IMG/VR virus record: IMGVR_UViG_3300048593_000456
Location: 26,514 to 90,513 of that record
Origin: a virus
Taxonomy: Duplodnaviria; Heunggongvirae; Uroviricota; Caudoviricetes
Length of the DNA: 64,000 nucleotides
Strand: one strand, 5' to 3'
Part shown: positions 1 to 9,217 of the stretch, in pieces
Layout of the letters: each line of letters starts with the position of its first letter
Numbering within the stretch: the first letter of the stretch is position 1
Notes under the pieces: model-generated
The model's database searches: none
Told to the model about the DNA's origin: nothing
Seen by the model: the letters and a program-made list of their open reading frames with translations, nothing else
Made by a program: the position numbers and the translations under genes

Positions 1-79
1 CTCTATAAATTCAGTTTACATAGATGAAGTCCCAAGATCAACAGAAGCAGCTATTGTAATTTTCTTACAAGACAACTGC

Positions 80-616
80 ATGATTCCGGGCAACTATCTA
101 TCTCGCGTGCTGTCTCTAAAAACAATGCATCCAGAAGCATCGGGTTTTTTCTCCGATGTAAACGCCCGTATTACTAGGTGCAATAATGAAGTATCTGAAT
201 TTTATAACTATCTATATAGAAAGATTAATTTTGATACAAACACTTTATCTTATAAATGTAGTACAGTAGAAGAATTAAGAAGTCTTAACGGTTTAGTTAT
301 CGATGGAAGGACGTATAATGCAGTTGGTGGATACACGCCATATAAAATTAAAAGTAAATCCTACTATTACAATCACGCATTTTTTAGTTCTTTATTAAGT
401 TATTCAAGCTTTATATATAGCTCAAGCCTAAAAACTGTAGTTAATATAAATAACTCGTCGAATTCTCATCTAGATTATGAAAATGCCGGTGTAGAATTTG
501 CACAAAAGAATTTAAACCAAGAAGTATTCGAATATACTTATCCTAATATATACAAAAATGTATATTTTCAGCACGGAATATTTACAGTAAAAACAAAAGG
601 TGCTTTTATTCAATGA
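80..616 (+). CDS. hypothetical protein
   Basis: ATG-initiated 178-aa ORF from the track. No recognisable motif. Confidence 0.4.
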   Translation: MIPGNYLSRVLSLKTMHPEASGFFSDVNARITRCNNEVSEFYNYLYRKINFDTNTLSYKCSTVEELRSLNGLVIDGRTYNAVGGYTPYKIKSKSYYYNHAFFSSLLSYSSFIYSSSLKTVVNINNSSNSHLDYENAGVEFAQKNLNQEVFEYTYPNIYKNVYFQHGIFTVKTKGAFIQ

Positions 617-1527
617 TATCAATAAAAAGCCCGACAGCATTTTCTGTTCATAGATATGGCTGGCATTATGCCATGAGCTTCTTAAAGGATTTTCATAGCC
701 AGAACGGTATACTGCTAGACGACTTTATAGAAAAAACTCACTCTTGGAATGTTGATTTTTTCACTCCATATAAACGGCCTTGGGTTGGATTTCTGCACAA
801 CCCGCATAAAATGCCAAGATGGTTTGATTACCAGCATTCACCACAATCTATTCTAGAGAGTGCCCGTTTTCAAGAGTCCTTGAGGTTCTGCCGGGGCTTG
901 ATCGTGTTATCGGATTATCTCGCGAATTGGCTCAGGCAGAAGGTTACAGTGCCCGTTATTTCATTGAAGCATCCGACTGGGCCTGCCAATCTTCTATGGA
1001 ACTATAGAAAGTATAAAAATAAACCTAAGATAGTACAGCTTGGATACTGGCTACGCAAGCTATCGCAAATATATTTACTTAAAACAGATATTGATAAATA
1101 CTGGTTGCCGTCAAATCAAAATTACTCAAAATATTTGCTAGACATAGAAACCAGAGTAAACAATATAGAAATAAAAAATAGGGATAGTGTCATTATTCCA
1201 GAACATTTGTCTAACTTGGATTATGATGAAATGCTTTCGGGCTGTGTGGCGGTTATGAATTTATACGATAGCTCTGCCAACAACGCACTTATAGAGTGTA
1301 TTATTAGAAATACCCCTGTTATAATTAATAGACATCCTGCCTCAATAGAATATCTTGGAAATAACTATCCTCTTTATTGCGATTTCTCAGAATTTTCAGC
1401 AGAAAAACTTCTCTGCCCGGCTAAAATACTTGAAACTAATGAATATCTTGCGGGCCTAAACAAAGATTATCTCAAAGGCTCCTATTTCGCAAAAACATTT
1501 TATGAAAATATTAGACCTATTCTATAA
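613..1527 (+). CDS. hypothetical protein, possible GT-B glycosyltransferase C-terminal domain
   Basis: 304-aa ORF. The C-terminal stretch DSSANNALIECIIRNTPVIINRHPASIEYLG resembles the donor-binding E-x7-E/PVI region of GT-B glycosyltransferases. Weak. Confidence 0.3.
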   Translation: MISIKSPTAFSVHRYGWHYAMSFLKDFHSQNGILLDDFIEKTHSWNVDFFTPYKRPWVGFLHNPHKMPRWFDYQHSPQSILESARFQESLRFCRGLIVLSDYLANWLRQKVTVPVISLKHPTGPANLLWNYRKYKNKPKIVQLGYWLRKLSQIYLLKTDIDKYWLPSNQNYSKYLLDIETRVNNIEIKNRDSVIIPEHLSNLDYDEMLSGCVAVMNLYDSSANNALIECIIRNTPVIINRHPASIEYLGNNYPLYCDFSEFSAEKLLCPAKILETNEYLAGLNKDYLKGSYFAKTFYENIRPIL

Positions 1528-2071
1528 AAAAAAGAGCATATATTTAACACTTCTAGACGGTAAAAAAGTAGATATACTTAACTTATCACCTAGCGATATA
1601 CATATTGTAGACATAACAATGTCTCTTTCTAAAATATGTAGATTTAACGGGCACTGTAATTATTTTTATTCAGTAGCAGAGCATTCTATGTTATGTTATT
1701 ACATGGCTTTGGGCGATGGAATCACCGATAAAGAAGCTCTAAAAGCTATATTTGCACATGATTTTAGCGAAGCTTATTGTGGAGATATAATTACTCCTAT
1801 AAAAGCTTATTTAGGAAAAAAGTTTAGTAATATAGAACAAAAAATAACTAATGCCATATCTTTAAAATATAATATAAACTTTGATAAATATAAAGATATT
1901 GTAAAATATTACGATAAAAAATCTTTAGATTTTGAAATAAATTATTATAAAGATCCTCGAAAAATTACTTACGACGGCTTAGTTTCAGCAGATCTTGAAG
2001 TTGAAGAATTTTTTAACATATTTACAAGGCTTTTCGAAGATGAAAAACATACATATAACTTGCCCAATTAA
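1502..2071 (+). CDS. HD-domain phosphohydrolase (YfbR-like 5'-deoxynucleotidase fold)
   Basis: Motifs AEHSML...FAHDFSEAYCGDI give an H...HD...D metal-binding pattern. Confidence 0.5.
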   Translation: MKILDLFYKKKSIYLTLLDGKKVDILNLSPSDIHIVDITMSLSKICRFNGHCNYFYSVAEHSMLCYYMALGDGITDKEALKAIFAHDFSEAYCGDIITPIKAYLGKKFSNIEQKITNAISLKYNINFDKYKDIVKYYDKKSLDFEINYYKDPRKITYDGLVSADLEVEEFFNIFTRLFEDEKHTYNLPN

Positions 2072-3128
2072 TAAACTTAGTTACGGCTATACATCATATT
2101 ATCTTATAAAAGAGCTTTTAAAGCTTAAGAATAATATCTTTTTTTATAATATAGGCCCCGTAGATAATGATTTAGCAAAAGACGTAGTCAATATACATTT
2201 TTTAAATAAACATGTTGGCATATTTGCAAAAAATCAACCTTACAACACCGTATCATTAAAAATATGGCACCAGAATGAAGTTCATGGAATGCCTGTTCGT
2301 GGTCATCACTACGGCTTCCCAATATTCGAACTAGATAGATTTAATGAAATAGAAAAAGCAAGCCTTAAGCTTTGCGACGAACTTATAACATGCTCTAAAT
2401 GGGGAGCTAAAGTAATAAAAGAACAGACAGGAAAAGATTGCCATGTAGTTCCGTTAGGAATAGATGATGAAATTTTTAAACCGTGCGGTCCATCTACGCT
2501 TAAAAATACTATATTTTTTAATTGCGGTAAATGGGAAATAAGAAAAGGTCACGACATATTAATAGAATGTTTTAATAAAGCATTTAATGAAAGCGATAAC
2601 GTAGAATTGTGGTTAATGTGCGACAATATATTTTTACAAGACGGCGGCAAAAGCTGGATTGATTTATGTAAAAAATCAAAATTATCTTCAAAAATTAGGC
2701 TTATACCTAGACAAAGCGATCATGCTGATGTATACAGAATTATGTCTAAGACCGATGTTGGTGTATTCCCGTCTCATGCCGAAGGCTGGAATCTAGAATT
2801 ACTAGAACTTATGGCAATAGGTAAGCACGTTATAGCGACTGATTATTCCGCACATACAGAATATTGCACCAGTGAAAATTCTTCACTACTAAATATAGAC
2901 TCTTTGGAGTCTGCATACGACGGAATATGGTTTCATAATAATGGAAGATGGGCGGAAATTAAAGACGAAACAAAAGATCAAATGATTTCATATATGCGAA
3001 TGCACCACAAGAATAAACAGGACGGACTTTTGGGTATAAATAGTAAGGGTATAGAAACAGGAAAACAGTATACTTGGGCTAATTCCGCCAAAATTCTTTC
3101 TGATTTATTGAACAATGACGATATTTAA
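2040..3128 (+). CDS. glycosyltransferase family 1 (GT-B)
   Basis: The track ORF begins with TTG at 1995. An in-frame ATG at 2040 gives MKNIHITCP.... The C-terminal motif VGVFPSHAEGWNLELLELMAIGKHVIATDY is a typical GT1/GT4 E-x7-E signature. Confidence 0.6.
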   Translation: MKNIHITCPINKLSYGYTSYYLIKELLKLKNNIFFYNIGPVDNDLAKDVVNIHFLNKHVGIFAKNQPYNTVSLKIWHQNEVHGMPVRGHHYGFPIFELDRFNEIEKASLKLCDELITCSKWGAKVIKEQTGKDCHVVPLGIDDEIFKPCGPSTLKNTIFFNCGKWEIRKGHDILIECFNKAFNESDNVELWLMCDNIFLQDGGKSWIDLCKKSKLSSKIRLIPRQSDHADVYRIMSKTDVGVFPSHAEGWNLELLELMAIGKHVIATDYSAHTEYCTSENSSLLNIDSLESAYDGIWFHNNGRWAEIKDETKDQMISYMRMHHKNKQDGLLGINSKGIETGKQYTWANSAKILSDLLNNDDI

Positions 3129-4047
3129 CACGACAAAAGAGCTTATCAAAGCTTACGAAAATGGATACAACGCAACCATCTTTGATAATAAAGAGAATGA
3201 TGATGTATTGCAACATTTAAAGTATCCAATTTTTGGCGATGCTGCACAAAACATAAAAGGTAGCGGTTTAGGTAAAATAGCTTTACCTTATAAATTAGTT
3301 AGAAAATACGATAAAAATTTTGCATCTGATGAAAACCAGCTTACAGGTGATTGTAGTTCGCACGGATGCAGAAACGCAACCACAATTTCTCTAGTTTCCG
3401 ACATAGAAGAACGTTTAGAGGCTGAGGGATATGCAGGAAGATTAGCCACAGAAGTAATATATGGCTATCGAGGACACGGCGGACAAGGAATGTCCGTTGC
3501 TCGGGCGGTAAATTTTCTTTCAGAAATAGGCGGAATAGCATTACGTCGCAAATACGGAAAATATGATCTGTCCAAATACAATCCTCAAATTGGTATAAAT
3601 TGGGGCAGAACCGGCGTTCCTAAATCAGTTATATCAGAAATAAATACAAACAAAGTTCTGACTGTTTCTTTATCCAGAGCAGTAGATGAACTACGCGATG
3701 CTATTTATAACGGATATGGGGTTGTAGTAGGAAGCAATGTCGGTTTTTCATCTAAACGCGATAAAAACGGTATATCTAATCCTAAAGGTAGTTGGAATCA
3801 TGCCATGTGCTTCGGCGGTATGGATGATACTAAAACCAGAAGTTCCGAAACGCTATTTTTAATACTAAATTCTTGGGCCGACTGGAATTCAGGCCCGAAA
3901 GCATATGATCAACCCGATGGAAGTTTTTGGATTACAGCAACTGTTGCTGATAAAATGATTAGGCAACGACAAACTTGGGTTATAGGAAATGTTAATGGTT
4001 TTCCCGCTAAATCTGTAAACTGGGGATTATTTGATGATATATTATAA
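3115..4047 (+). CDS. putative papain-like / NlpC-P60-like cysteine hydrolase
   Basis: GDCSSHGCRNA (a DCSG-like Cys motif) with a downstream WNHAM His. Weak similarity only. Confidence 0.3.
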   Translation: MTIFNTTKELIKAYENGYNATIFDNKENDDVLQHLKYPIFGDAAQNIKGSGLGKIALPYKLVRKYDKNFASDENQLTGDCSSHGCRNATTISLVSDIEERLEAEGYAGRLATEVIYGYRGHGGQGMSVARAVNFLSEIGGIALRRKYGKYDLSKYNPQIGINWGRTGVPKSVISEINTNKVLTVSLSRAVDELRDAIYNGYGVVVGSNVGFSSKRDKNGISNPKGSWNHAMCFGGMDDTKTRSSETLFLILNSWADWNSGPKAYDQPDGSFWITATVADKMIRQRQTWVIGNVNGFPAKSVNWGLFDDIL

Positions 4048-4573
4048 ATACCTACTGATATTCACACTGATATTTTTACCTTCCATATCTCTTGGAGAAG
4101 AGTCTATTTCTGTAAAAAAAAGGCGTGTAGAAATAAAAAATGTTATACAGAAACATATAGATAAAATCATGGTTTCTGAAACTGAAAAAGAAAAAGATGA
4201 AGAAACTGTTGCTCCTGATAATTCGGGAGTATGTAAAAAATGCAAGGGATTGAAGTACATAGTTCAGGGGGACGGCCACAAAACACCTTGCCCGCTTTGT
4301 ACTAATTTAGGCGATCAGATTATAGAAGAAAAAAAAGCAACTATTTATTTTTATTCTTCGGACAATTGTGATTTGTGCGAAAAATGGAAAGCCGAAGAAT
4401 TGCCGGGCCTTTTAGATTATAATGTAGTCGAAATAAACGAAACTACATCCGTCAGGAAAAAGTTTGGCAAATATCCCGCTTATGAATTAAAGATCGGTAA
4501 TTATACTGTTCAATATATAGGTTATTTAAACAAAAAAGTAGTTGGAGATATTTATGACAAATACAAAAAATGA
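4034..4573 (+). CDS. secreted thioredoxin-like CxxC protein
   Basis: Start moved to the ATG at 4034. N-terminal hydrophobic signal MIYYKYLLIFTLIFLPSISLG. CxxC pairs CKKC, CPLC and CDLCEKW within YFYSSDNCDLCEKWKAEE. Confidence 0.4.
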   Translation: MIYYKYLLIFTLIFLPSISLGEESISVKKRRVEIKNVIQKHIDKIMVSETEKEKDEETVAPDNSGVCKKCKGLKYIVQGDGHKTPCPLCTNLGDQIIEEKKATIYFYSSDNCDLCEKWKAEELPGLLDYNVVEINETTSVRKKFGKYPAYELKIGNYTVQYIGYLNKKVVGDIYDKYKK

Positions 4574-4895
4574 TACGCTTCAAGATTTAGCAGTATCTAT
4601 CGGGGCTTCTTATTCGTCAGGTAAGGATCTTCCTACGTTAGACCCACTGATCATATTAACAGTCGGAAAAATAATTTTCGATGTAATAATCATGATTAAA
4701 AAGTGTTATGACACTAGAAATACCGCTACTTTATCAGAAAGATTAAAGTATGTCGGCCCGGTACAAAAATCTATTTTATGGCTTGTTGTTAAACGCCATA
4801 CAGCAAGAACACATTTAGATTCAAGATTGTTAATGAATCTAATTTTATCTCAGTCTTTAACAGAAGAACAATTAATTAATCTATTAGGAGATTAA
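4554..4895 (+). CDS. hypothetical protein
   Basis: In-frame ATG with a GGAG ribosome-binding site (RBS). The track start was an upstream TTG. Confidence 0.35.
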   Translation: MTNTKNDTLQDLAVSIGASYSSGKDLPTLDPLIILTVGKIIFDVIIMIKKCYDTRNTATLSERLKYVGPVQKSILWLVVKRHTARTHLDSRLLMNLILSQSLTEEQLINLLGD

Positions 4896-4896
4896 A

Positions 4897-5079
4897 ATGC
4901 AAGAAAAAGCAAGTTTAGTTACGTCAAAAAGATTATGGATAGCAATTGCAACAGCGTTAATTCCTGTGCTAGCAAAAGAACTTTTTAAATTAGAATTAAC
5001 GCCCGAACAAATTCAAAATATTACCGCTATAGGCATGTCATTAATTGGGGCATACTCATTTAAAGATCATTTAAAGTAA
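4897..5079 (+). CDS. small membrane protein
   Basis: 60 aa with a hydrophobic core LWIAIATALIPVLA. Confidence 0.35.
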   Translation: MQEKASLVTSKRLWIAIATALIPVLAKELFKLELTPEQIQNITAIGMSLIGAYSFKDHLK

Positions 5080-5085
5080 ACTAAA

Positions 5086-5355
5086 ATGAATACATTACAA
5101 ATTATAGCATTAATAGCGGCAGTAGTTTTTGGATTCCAATATGTTAAACCATATTTCGTAAAAACTACTGCTGCTCCAAAAAAGGATGAACCGCTTGTAA
5201 CCGCAGAAAAAGATTTTGAGCCAACAATGTCGGACGTTGTAGATTCTTGGAGCAAATTAAAGTCTAACTGCGAAACACTCGGGTTAACCGATGCTTCTGA
5301 TGCATTAGATTCAGTTTTCCCACTTTTTGTTAAAAAGAAATCAAATGGATTATAA
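5086..5355 (+). CDS. small membrane-anchored protein
   Basis: N-terminal TM segment LQIIALIAAVVFGF. Confidence 0.35.
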   Translation: MNTLQIIALIAAVVFGFQYVKPYFVKTTAAPKKDEPLVTAEKDFEPTMSDVVDSWSKLKSNCETLGLTDASDALDSVFPLFVKKKSNGL

Positions 5356-5800
5356 GCCAGTATTAATTATTCTTCTATTGCTTTTTTCCGCATTCGGAGA
5401 CAAAATAGACTTGACAAACTTGCAGTTTCTTGCTATAATGCAGAAGGTGGAAGTAGTTAAGCCGTCAGAAGAATTTATTACATTTTCTAATTCTGTTGTT
5501 GGCGATATAAAAGGGCAGGACAGAATAGAATTGGCGTTATATTGTGATTCTTTAAGCGAAAAGCTATTAGAATTAAAAGATAAAAAACCTAAAATGTCTC
5601 AAATTGTAGATATATTTAGCGGGTCTTTTAAAGAATTATACGAAAACAAGTACAACGATAAATACAAAGATTTTTCAGACAGCCTTATTTCCATACTAAA
5701 AATTTACACGGAAGATAAAGACCGTTTTATTTCTTCGGAAGAAATTCAGCAAATGTCTTTATATTATAAGGGTCTAGCATGGAATATTTTAACACAATAA
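5345..5800 (+). CDS. hypothetical protein with N-terminal signal/TM segment
   Basis: ATG at 5345 gives MDYKPVLIILLLLFSAFG. A consensus promoter lies inside its 5' end. Confidence 0.35.
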   Translation: MDYKPVLIILLLLFSAFGDKIDLTNLQFLAIMQKVEVVKPSEEFITFSNSVVGDIKGQDRIELALYCDSLSEKLLELKDKKPKMSQIVDIFSGSFKELYENKYNDKYKDFSDSLISILKIYTEDKDRFISSEEIQQMSLYYKGLAWNILTQ

Positions 5801-6171
5801 GTTGGCTTGTAATAGCAAAAGATAGATCTAAAAGTATATACGAACAAAATTTATTGCTTTTAGATGACAAACTTAGCATTCCCTCTATTCCGCTTCTGTA
5901 CGGAGAATCTATAGAATCTAAGTTTTTTGAGTTATCCGAAAAAACAATAAAATATTCTAATGGGTGGATACAAAAAAATCTTATAGATATTAACTCTGTA
6001 AATAAAGAAGGAGTTATTTGTGATTTTTTGTACTCCTCTGTGTTATTATTTATGCCTAACCTAAACAAAATAGGCACTTTTTACTCTCTAAAAGAAATAG
6101 AAGAAAGAAACATTATATTAAATGGACGAATCAGAAATTGTATCACAAGAGAATCCTCAAGACCGTTTTGA
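5779..6171 (+). CDS. hypothetical protein
   Basis: Track ORF with ATG start. No recognisable motif. Confidence 0.35.
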   Translation: MEYFNTISWLVIAKDRSKSIYEQNLLLLDDKLSIPSIPLLYGESIESKFFELSEKTIKYSNGWIQKNLIDINSVNKEGVICDFLYSSVLLFMPNLNKIGTFYSLKEIEERNIILNGRIRNCITRESSRPF

Positions 6172-6436
6172 AAACATGTCTTGCATGTTAAGCTTTCAGC
6201 TAAGTCAAGACAGCGATTTATGCTTTGACGTTTTATGGAACGAAGACGAGGATTTGAAAAAGCTTGCGATTTTAATACATACTATTAAAAATAGTGATTT
6301 AATCGAAAAGCAAATAGTAGGCATGGACACAGATAGCCCTGAATCTGTACAATTATTACTGACTTATCTTAAGCAGTTATCTAAAAATAACACAGTCATG
6401 AAGCCAGATCAGGTGTTAAACTATGAAGAATCATAA
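6122..6436 (+). CDS. hypothetical acidic protein
   Basis: Track ORF with ATG start. Acidic composition. Confidence 0.35.
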   Translation: MDESEIVSQENPQDRFENMSCMLSFQLSQDSDLCFDVLWNEDEDLKKLAILIHTIKNSDLIEKQIVGMDTDSPESVQLLLTYLKQLSKNNTVMKPDQVLNYEES

Positions 6437-6872
6437 AAAAATAACTTGGGAATATTGGAATGAAAAAGAGAAAGAATTTTTAGATTCTGAGAATAAAGAC
6501 AAGAACAAGGAAAATAACGATTTTCTCCAATCGGAAAAAAACGATCTAATTCCCACTATTCCTTTTAACGAAAACCCGCTTATGCTGGGGCCTTTCGGGG
6601 CCGTAGAGAAAAAATCTATTTTCAAACCTACCGATAGATGGGAATGCTGGATAGCTAACACGAATTTTAAAATTACAGAAGATTTTTATAATTTTCTGAA
6701 TGAAAAAGTTGATGGAATATCTGCTTTTAAGATACTGGACCCCTACTCTTTTGCTATAGGCGTAGCAAAATTATTTGAGTTTAAAGACGTTGCAATACAA
6801 ATTAAGGATTTTTTAGAGGAAACTAATGGAACAATTACACCTGATGAGCCTGACGGAACTTTTACAGAATAG
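6423..6872 (+). CDS. hypothetical protein
   Basis: Track ORF with ATG start. No recognisable motif. Confidence 0.35.
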   Translation: MKNHKKITWEYWNEKEKEFLDSENKDKNKENNDFLQSEKNDLIPTIPFNENPLMLGPFGAVEKKSIFKPTDRWECWIANTNFKITEDFYNFLNEKVDGISAFKILDPYSFAIGVAKLFEFKDVAIQIKDFLEETNGTITPDEPDGTFTE

Positions 6873-7347
6873 CGATGTGGTTAACATAGCATTATCTTCC
6901 TTCAATAAACACGGCAAACTTATTTATAGTATAGATAGGTCTCCATATTTGAAGAAGCAGTTAATAGAAGAAGGTATATGGCTAGCACATAAACATTACA
7001 AAGACAATCTAAAATCGTCCTTTTTAACTTATGTCTACCTAAGAGTTCGTTTTGTATGTCTCACTTTCATAAGAGATCACGCAAGAAGACATAAAAATAC
7101 CGTACATTTATCTACAATAACTCGCGATAACGATAAATTAGATATATCCTGCTATAGAAACAATGATATTGAAATTATAGACATTCTAGACTCTTTAAAG
7201 CCCGCAGAAAGAGATTTGGTTACAAAGGTTTACATTGAAAATGTTAGTATACAAGATATTGCCAAGCAAAAAAACGTAAAAGAGCTTACAATTTTAACTC
7301 AATTGAATAAAATTATAAAGCAGCTTAAGATGAGTATAAATAGTTAG
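6826..7347 (+). CDS. sigma-70 family RNA polymerase sigma factor (phage-encoded)
   Basis: Region-2-like LIEEGIWLAHKHYKDNLKSSFLTYVYLRVRFVCLTFIRDHAR, matching the EEG...FsTYA.wwIr pattern. Region-4-like HTH LKPAERDLVTKVYIENVSIQDIAKQKNVKELTILTQLNKIIKQLK. Confidence 0.5.
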   Translation: MEQLHLMSLTELLQNSDVVNIALSSFNKHGKLIYSIDRSPYLKKQLIEEGIWLAHKHYKDNLKSSFLTYVYLRVRFVCLTFIRDHARRHKNTVHLSTITRDNDKLDISCYRNNDIEIIDILDSLKPAERDLVTKVYIENVSIQDIAKQKNVKELTILTQLNKIIKQLKMSINS

Positions 7348-7410
7348 GAAAAAAGGATTCTTGCTTAGGACAATAAGATTGCAGAATATTATATTCTACA
7401 AGGTAAAAAA

Positions 7411-8094
7411 ATGGCCGTTACAACAAAATTTGGTGCTGTAAGAGGAACTAGAGGTGCTTCTAACCCTGTTCAAACCATTAGCGGGGTTATTATGAATAAC
7501 TCTACTACTGGCGGTGGAGGTATTACTACCTCTTTTTCAATATTAGAAGCTATTGCTTTAAATGTTAATTTTACTAGCGGTGTTCGAGAAAGAGATTCTG
7601 GAAGTTCTATTACTAGAGCTAGAAAAATTCTTTCCTCGGGTGTTTTTGCATACAATGCTGCCGCTGCTGGAACTTATGTCATTTCCAGAATTGCTACTAC
7701 TCTTGCCGGTGTCTCAACTAATGTTATGTTATTTATGGCACAAGCAAATAAAGTCAAATCTATTCATGAGTTTAATCATGACTTTGGCGTTAGAATGCTT
7801 CAAGCTTGGGTTAATGGTAGATTTTCTTGGACTGGCAAGTTAGCCAACGGTAACTCTAAAGCTTCAAGAATTATGTGGTTAAATGCTGCTGGAACCGCAG
7901 TTGCTGCTCCTTCTCCTTTAAATACTTTCTTCATGAGAGATTTAAGAGACGGAAATGCTACTGACAAAGCTGTTGATGATGCAGCTACCCCAACCAGAGC
8001 ATTACCCGGAGAACTATTCTTCCAAGTTGATTTTGTCAACAAGTCTCTAAGTGGCGGAAGCTTCTTCGATTACAAACCTATCACTGGTATGTAA
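7411..8094 (+). CDS. hypothetical protein (Gly/Ala/Ser/Thr-rich, probably highly expressed)
   Basis: 227 aa. Its composition differs from the K/E/N-rich neighbours. A good RBS precedes it and a strong terminator hairpin follows. Confidence 0.45.
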   Translation: MAVTTKFGAVRGTRGASNPVQTISGVIMNNSTTGGGGITTSFSILEAIALNVNFTSGVRERDSGSSITRARKILSSGVFAYNAAAAGTYVISRIATTLAGVSTNVMLFMAQANKVKSIHEFNHDFGVRMLQAWVNGRFSWTGKLANGNSKASRIMWLNAAGTAVAAPSPLNTFFMRDLRDGNATDKAVDDAATPTRALPGELFFQVDFVNKSLSGGSFFDYKPITGM

Positions 8095-8119
8095 TAGATT
8101 TTTCAAATTTTTTAATTAA

Positions 8120-8141
8120 GAGGGGGGCTAAAACCCCCCTC
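8120..8141 (+). terminator. GC-rich stem-loop (putative intrinsic terminator)
   Basis: GAGGGGGG-CTAAAA-CCCCCCTC, an 8-bp G/C stem, immediately downstream of the 7411..8094 CDS. Confidence 0.5.
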
Positions 8142-8157
8142 ATTTGGGGGAGTCATC

Positions 8158-8835
8158 ATGTCTTGGATTAATAATCAGCCTGTAGATTTTTTCACCAGTG
8201 CTTTTATCCATTCAGAAGTTCCTATGGTTGTTTGTGCCAATTCTGGAAAAATTCTTTGGGTGAATCGTGCCTTTGAAGATTTTATCGGCTATAATAGCTG
8301 GGAGCTTACTGTTGGTCAAACAGGCAGCGGAATCACTTGGGAAAAACTATCGTTAAATGATGAAAACCTAGAAGCAGATCGTGCCATGATTAAACAATGC
8401 ATTGACGGCGATCTAAAAAGCTATTCTATAAAAAAGCAATATATACCAAAGAACGATAAACCAGTATGGGTTGATATGCATGTCGTTAGATATCCTCTCG
8501 ATGGCGAATTAAAATATTTTATGATAACTGTGATGCCGTTAAAAAATGGAACCGCCGCAGCTTTCAATACTGCTATTTCTGCTATAAAGGAATTTACAGA
8601 CAAAATGAATGCTTACACCGCCCAAATACCTCAAATGGAAGAAAAAATTATATCTGGGGTTGAAAACAAGATTAAAACACAAACTGAAATACAAAACATT
8701 TTCTTAAACGTGGCAAAACTCGTTGAAAAGTATCCTAAGGTATCAATCGCTATAATAATGACCATATTAGTTATGATACTTGGAAATCAATTAGTTGAAG
8801 CTATTAAAAACATGAAAGCAATTATAGGTGGATAA
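8158..8835 (+). CDS. PAS-domain protein with C-terminal transmembrane anchor
   Basis: PAS-like N-terminus: FIHSEVPMVVCANSGKILWVNRAFEDFIGYNSWELTVGQ. C-terminal hydrophobic helix VSIAIIMTILVMILGNQLV. Confidence 0.4.
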   Translation: MSWINNQPVDFFTSAFIHSEVPMVVCANSGKILWVNRAFEDFIGYNSWELTVGQTGSGITWEKLSLNDENLEADRAMIKQCIDGDLKSYSIKKQYIPKNDKPVWVDMHVVRYPLDGELKYFMITVMPLKNGTAAAFNTAISAIKEFTDKMNAYTAQIPQMEEKIISGVENKIKTQTEIQNIFLNVAKLVEKYPKVSIAIIMTILVMILGNQLVEAIKNMKAIIGG

Positions 8836-9041
8836 TGAACAAAGATAAAGAGTTAAAATTGTTAGAGGCTGTTACTGCTGCTAGAAACGCTAATAAATCT
8901 AAAGGTATTGATTTTGCTTGGGATACTGTTGATATGTCATTGGATTGGGACGATCTTTTGGCTTTTGTTGAAAAGTATGTAGACAAAGAAGATGAAATAG
9001 TATTAATTTCTCCTAATCCGCTTGCTGAGGCTGAACTTTAA
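8835..9041 (+). CDS. hypothetical protein
   Basis: 68-aa track ORF with ATG start. Confidence 0.35.
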   Translation: MNKDKELKLLEAVTAARNANKSKGIDFAWDTVDMSLDWDDLLAFVEKYVDKEDEIVLISPNPLAEAEL

Positions 9042-9217
9042 AAGTAAATGGGTATAGTAGATAATTTACTCTCTCGGGCACTAGATCAGTTAGGACTCAC
9101 AAAAGAACAGGTGAGTAAAGTTAAGTCTATTATTGACTTAGTTGATGTGAAAGAATATACTGATCATGTTGAAGTTACTATTAATCTTAAAAATATAAAA
9201 ATTGAAATAAAAAAATA

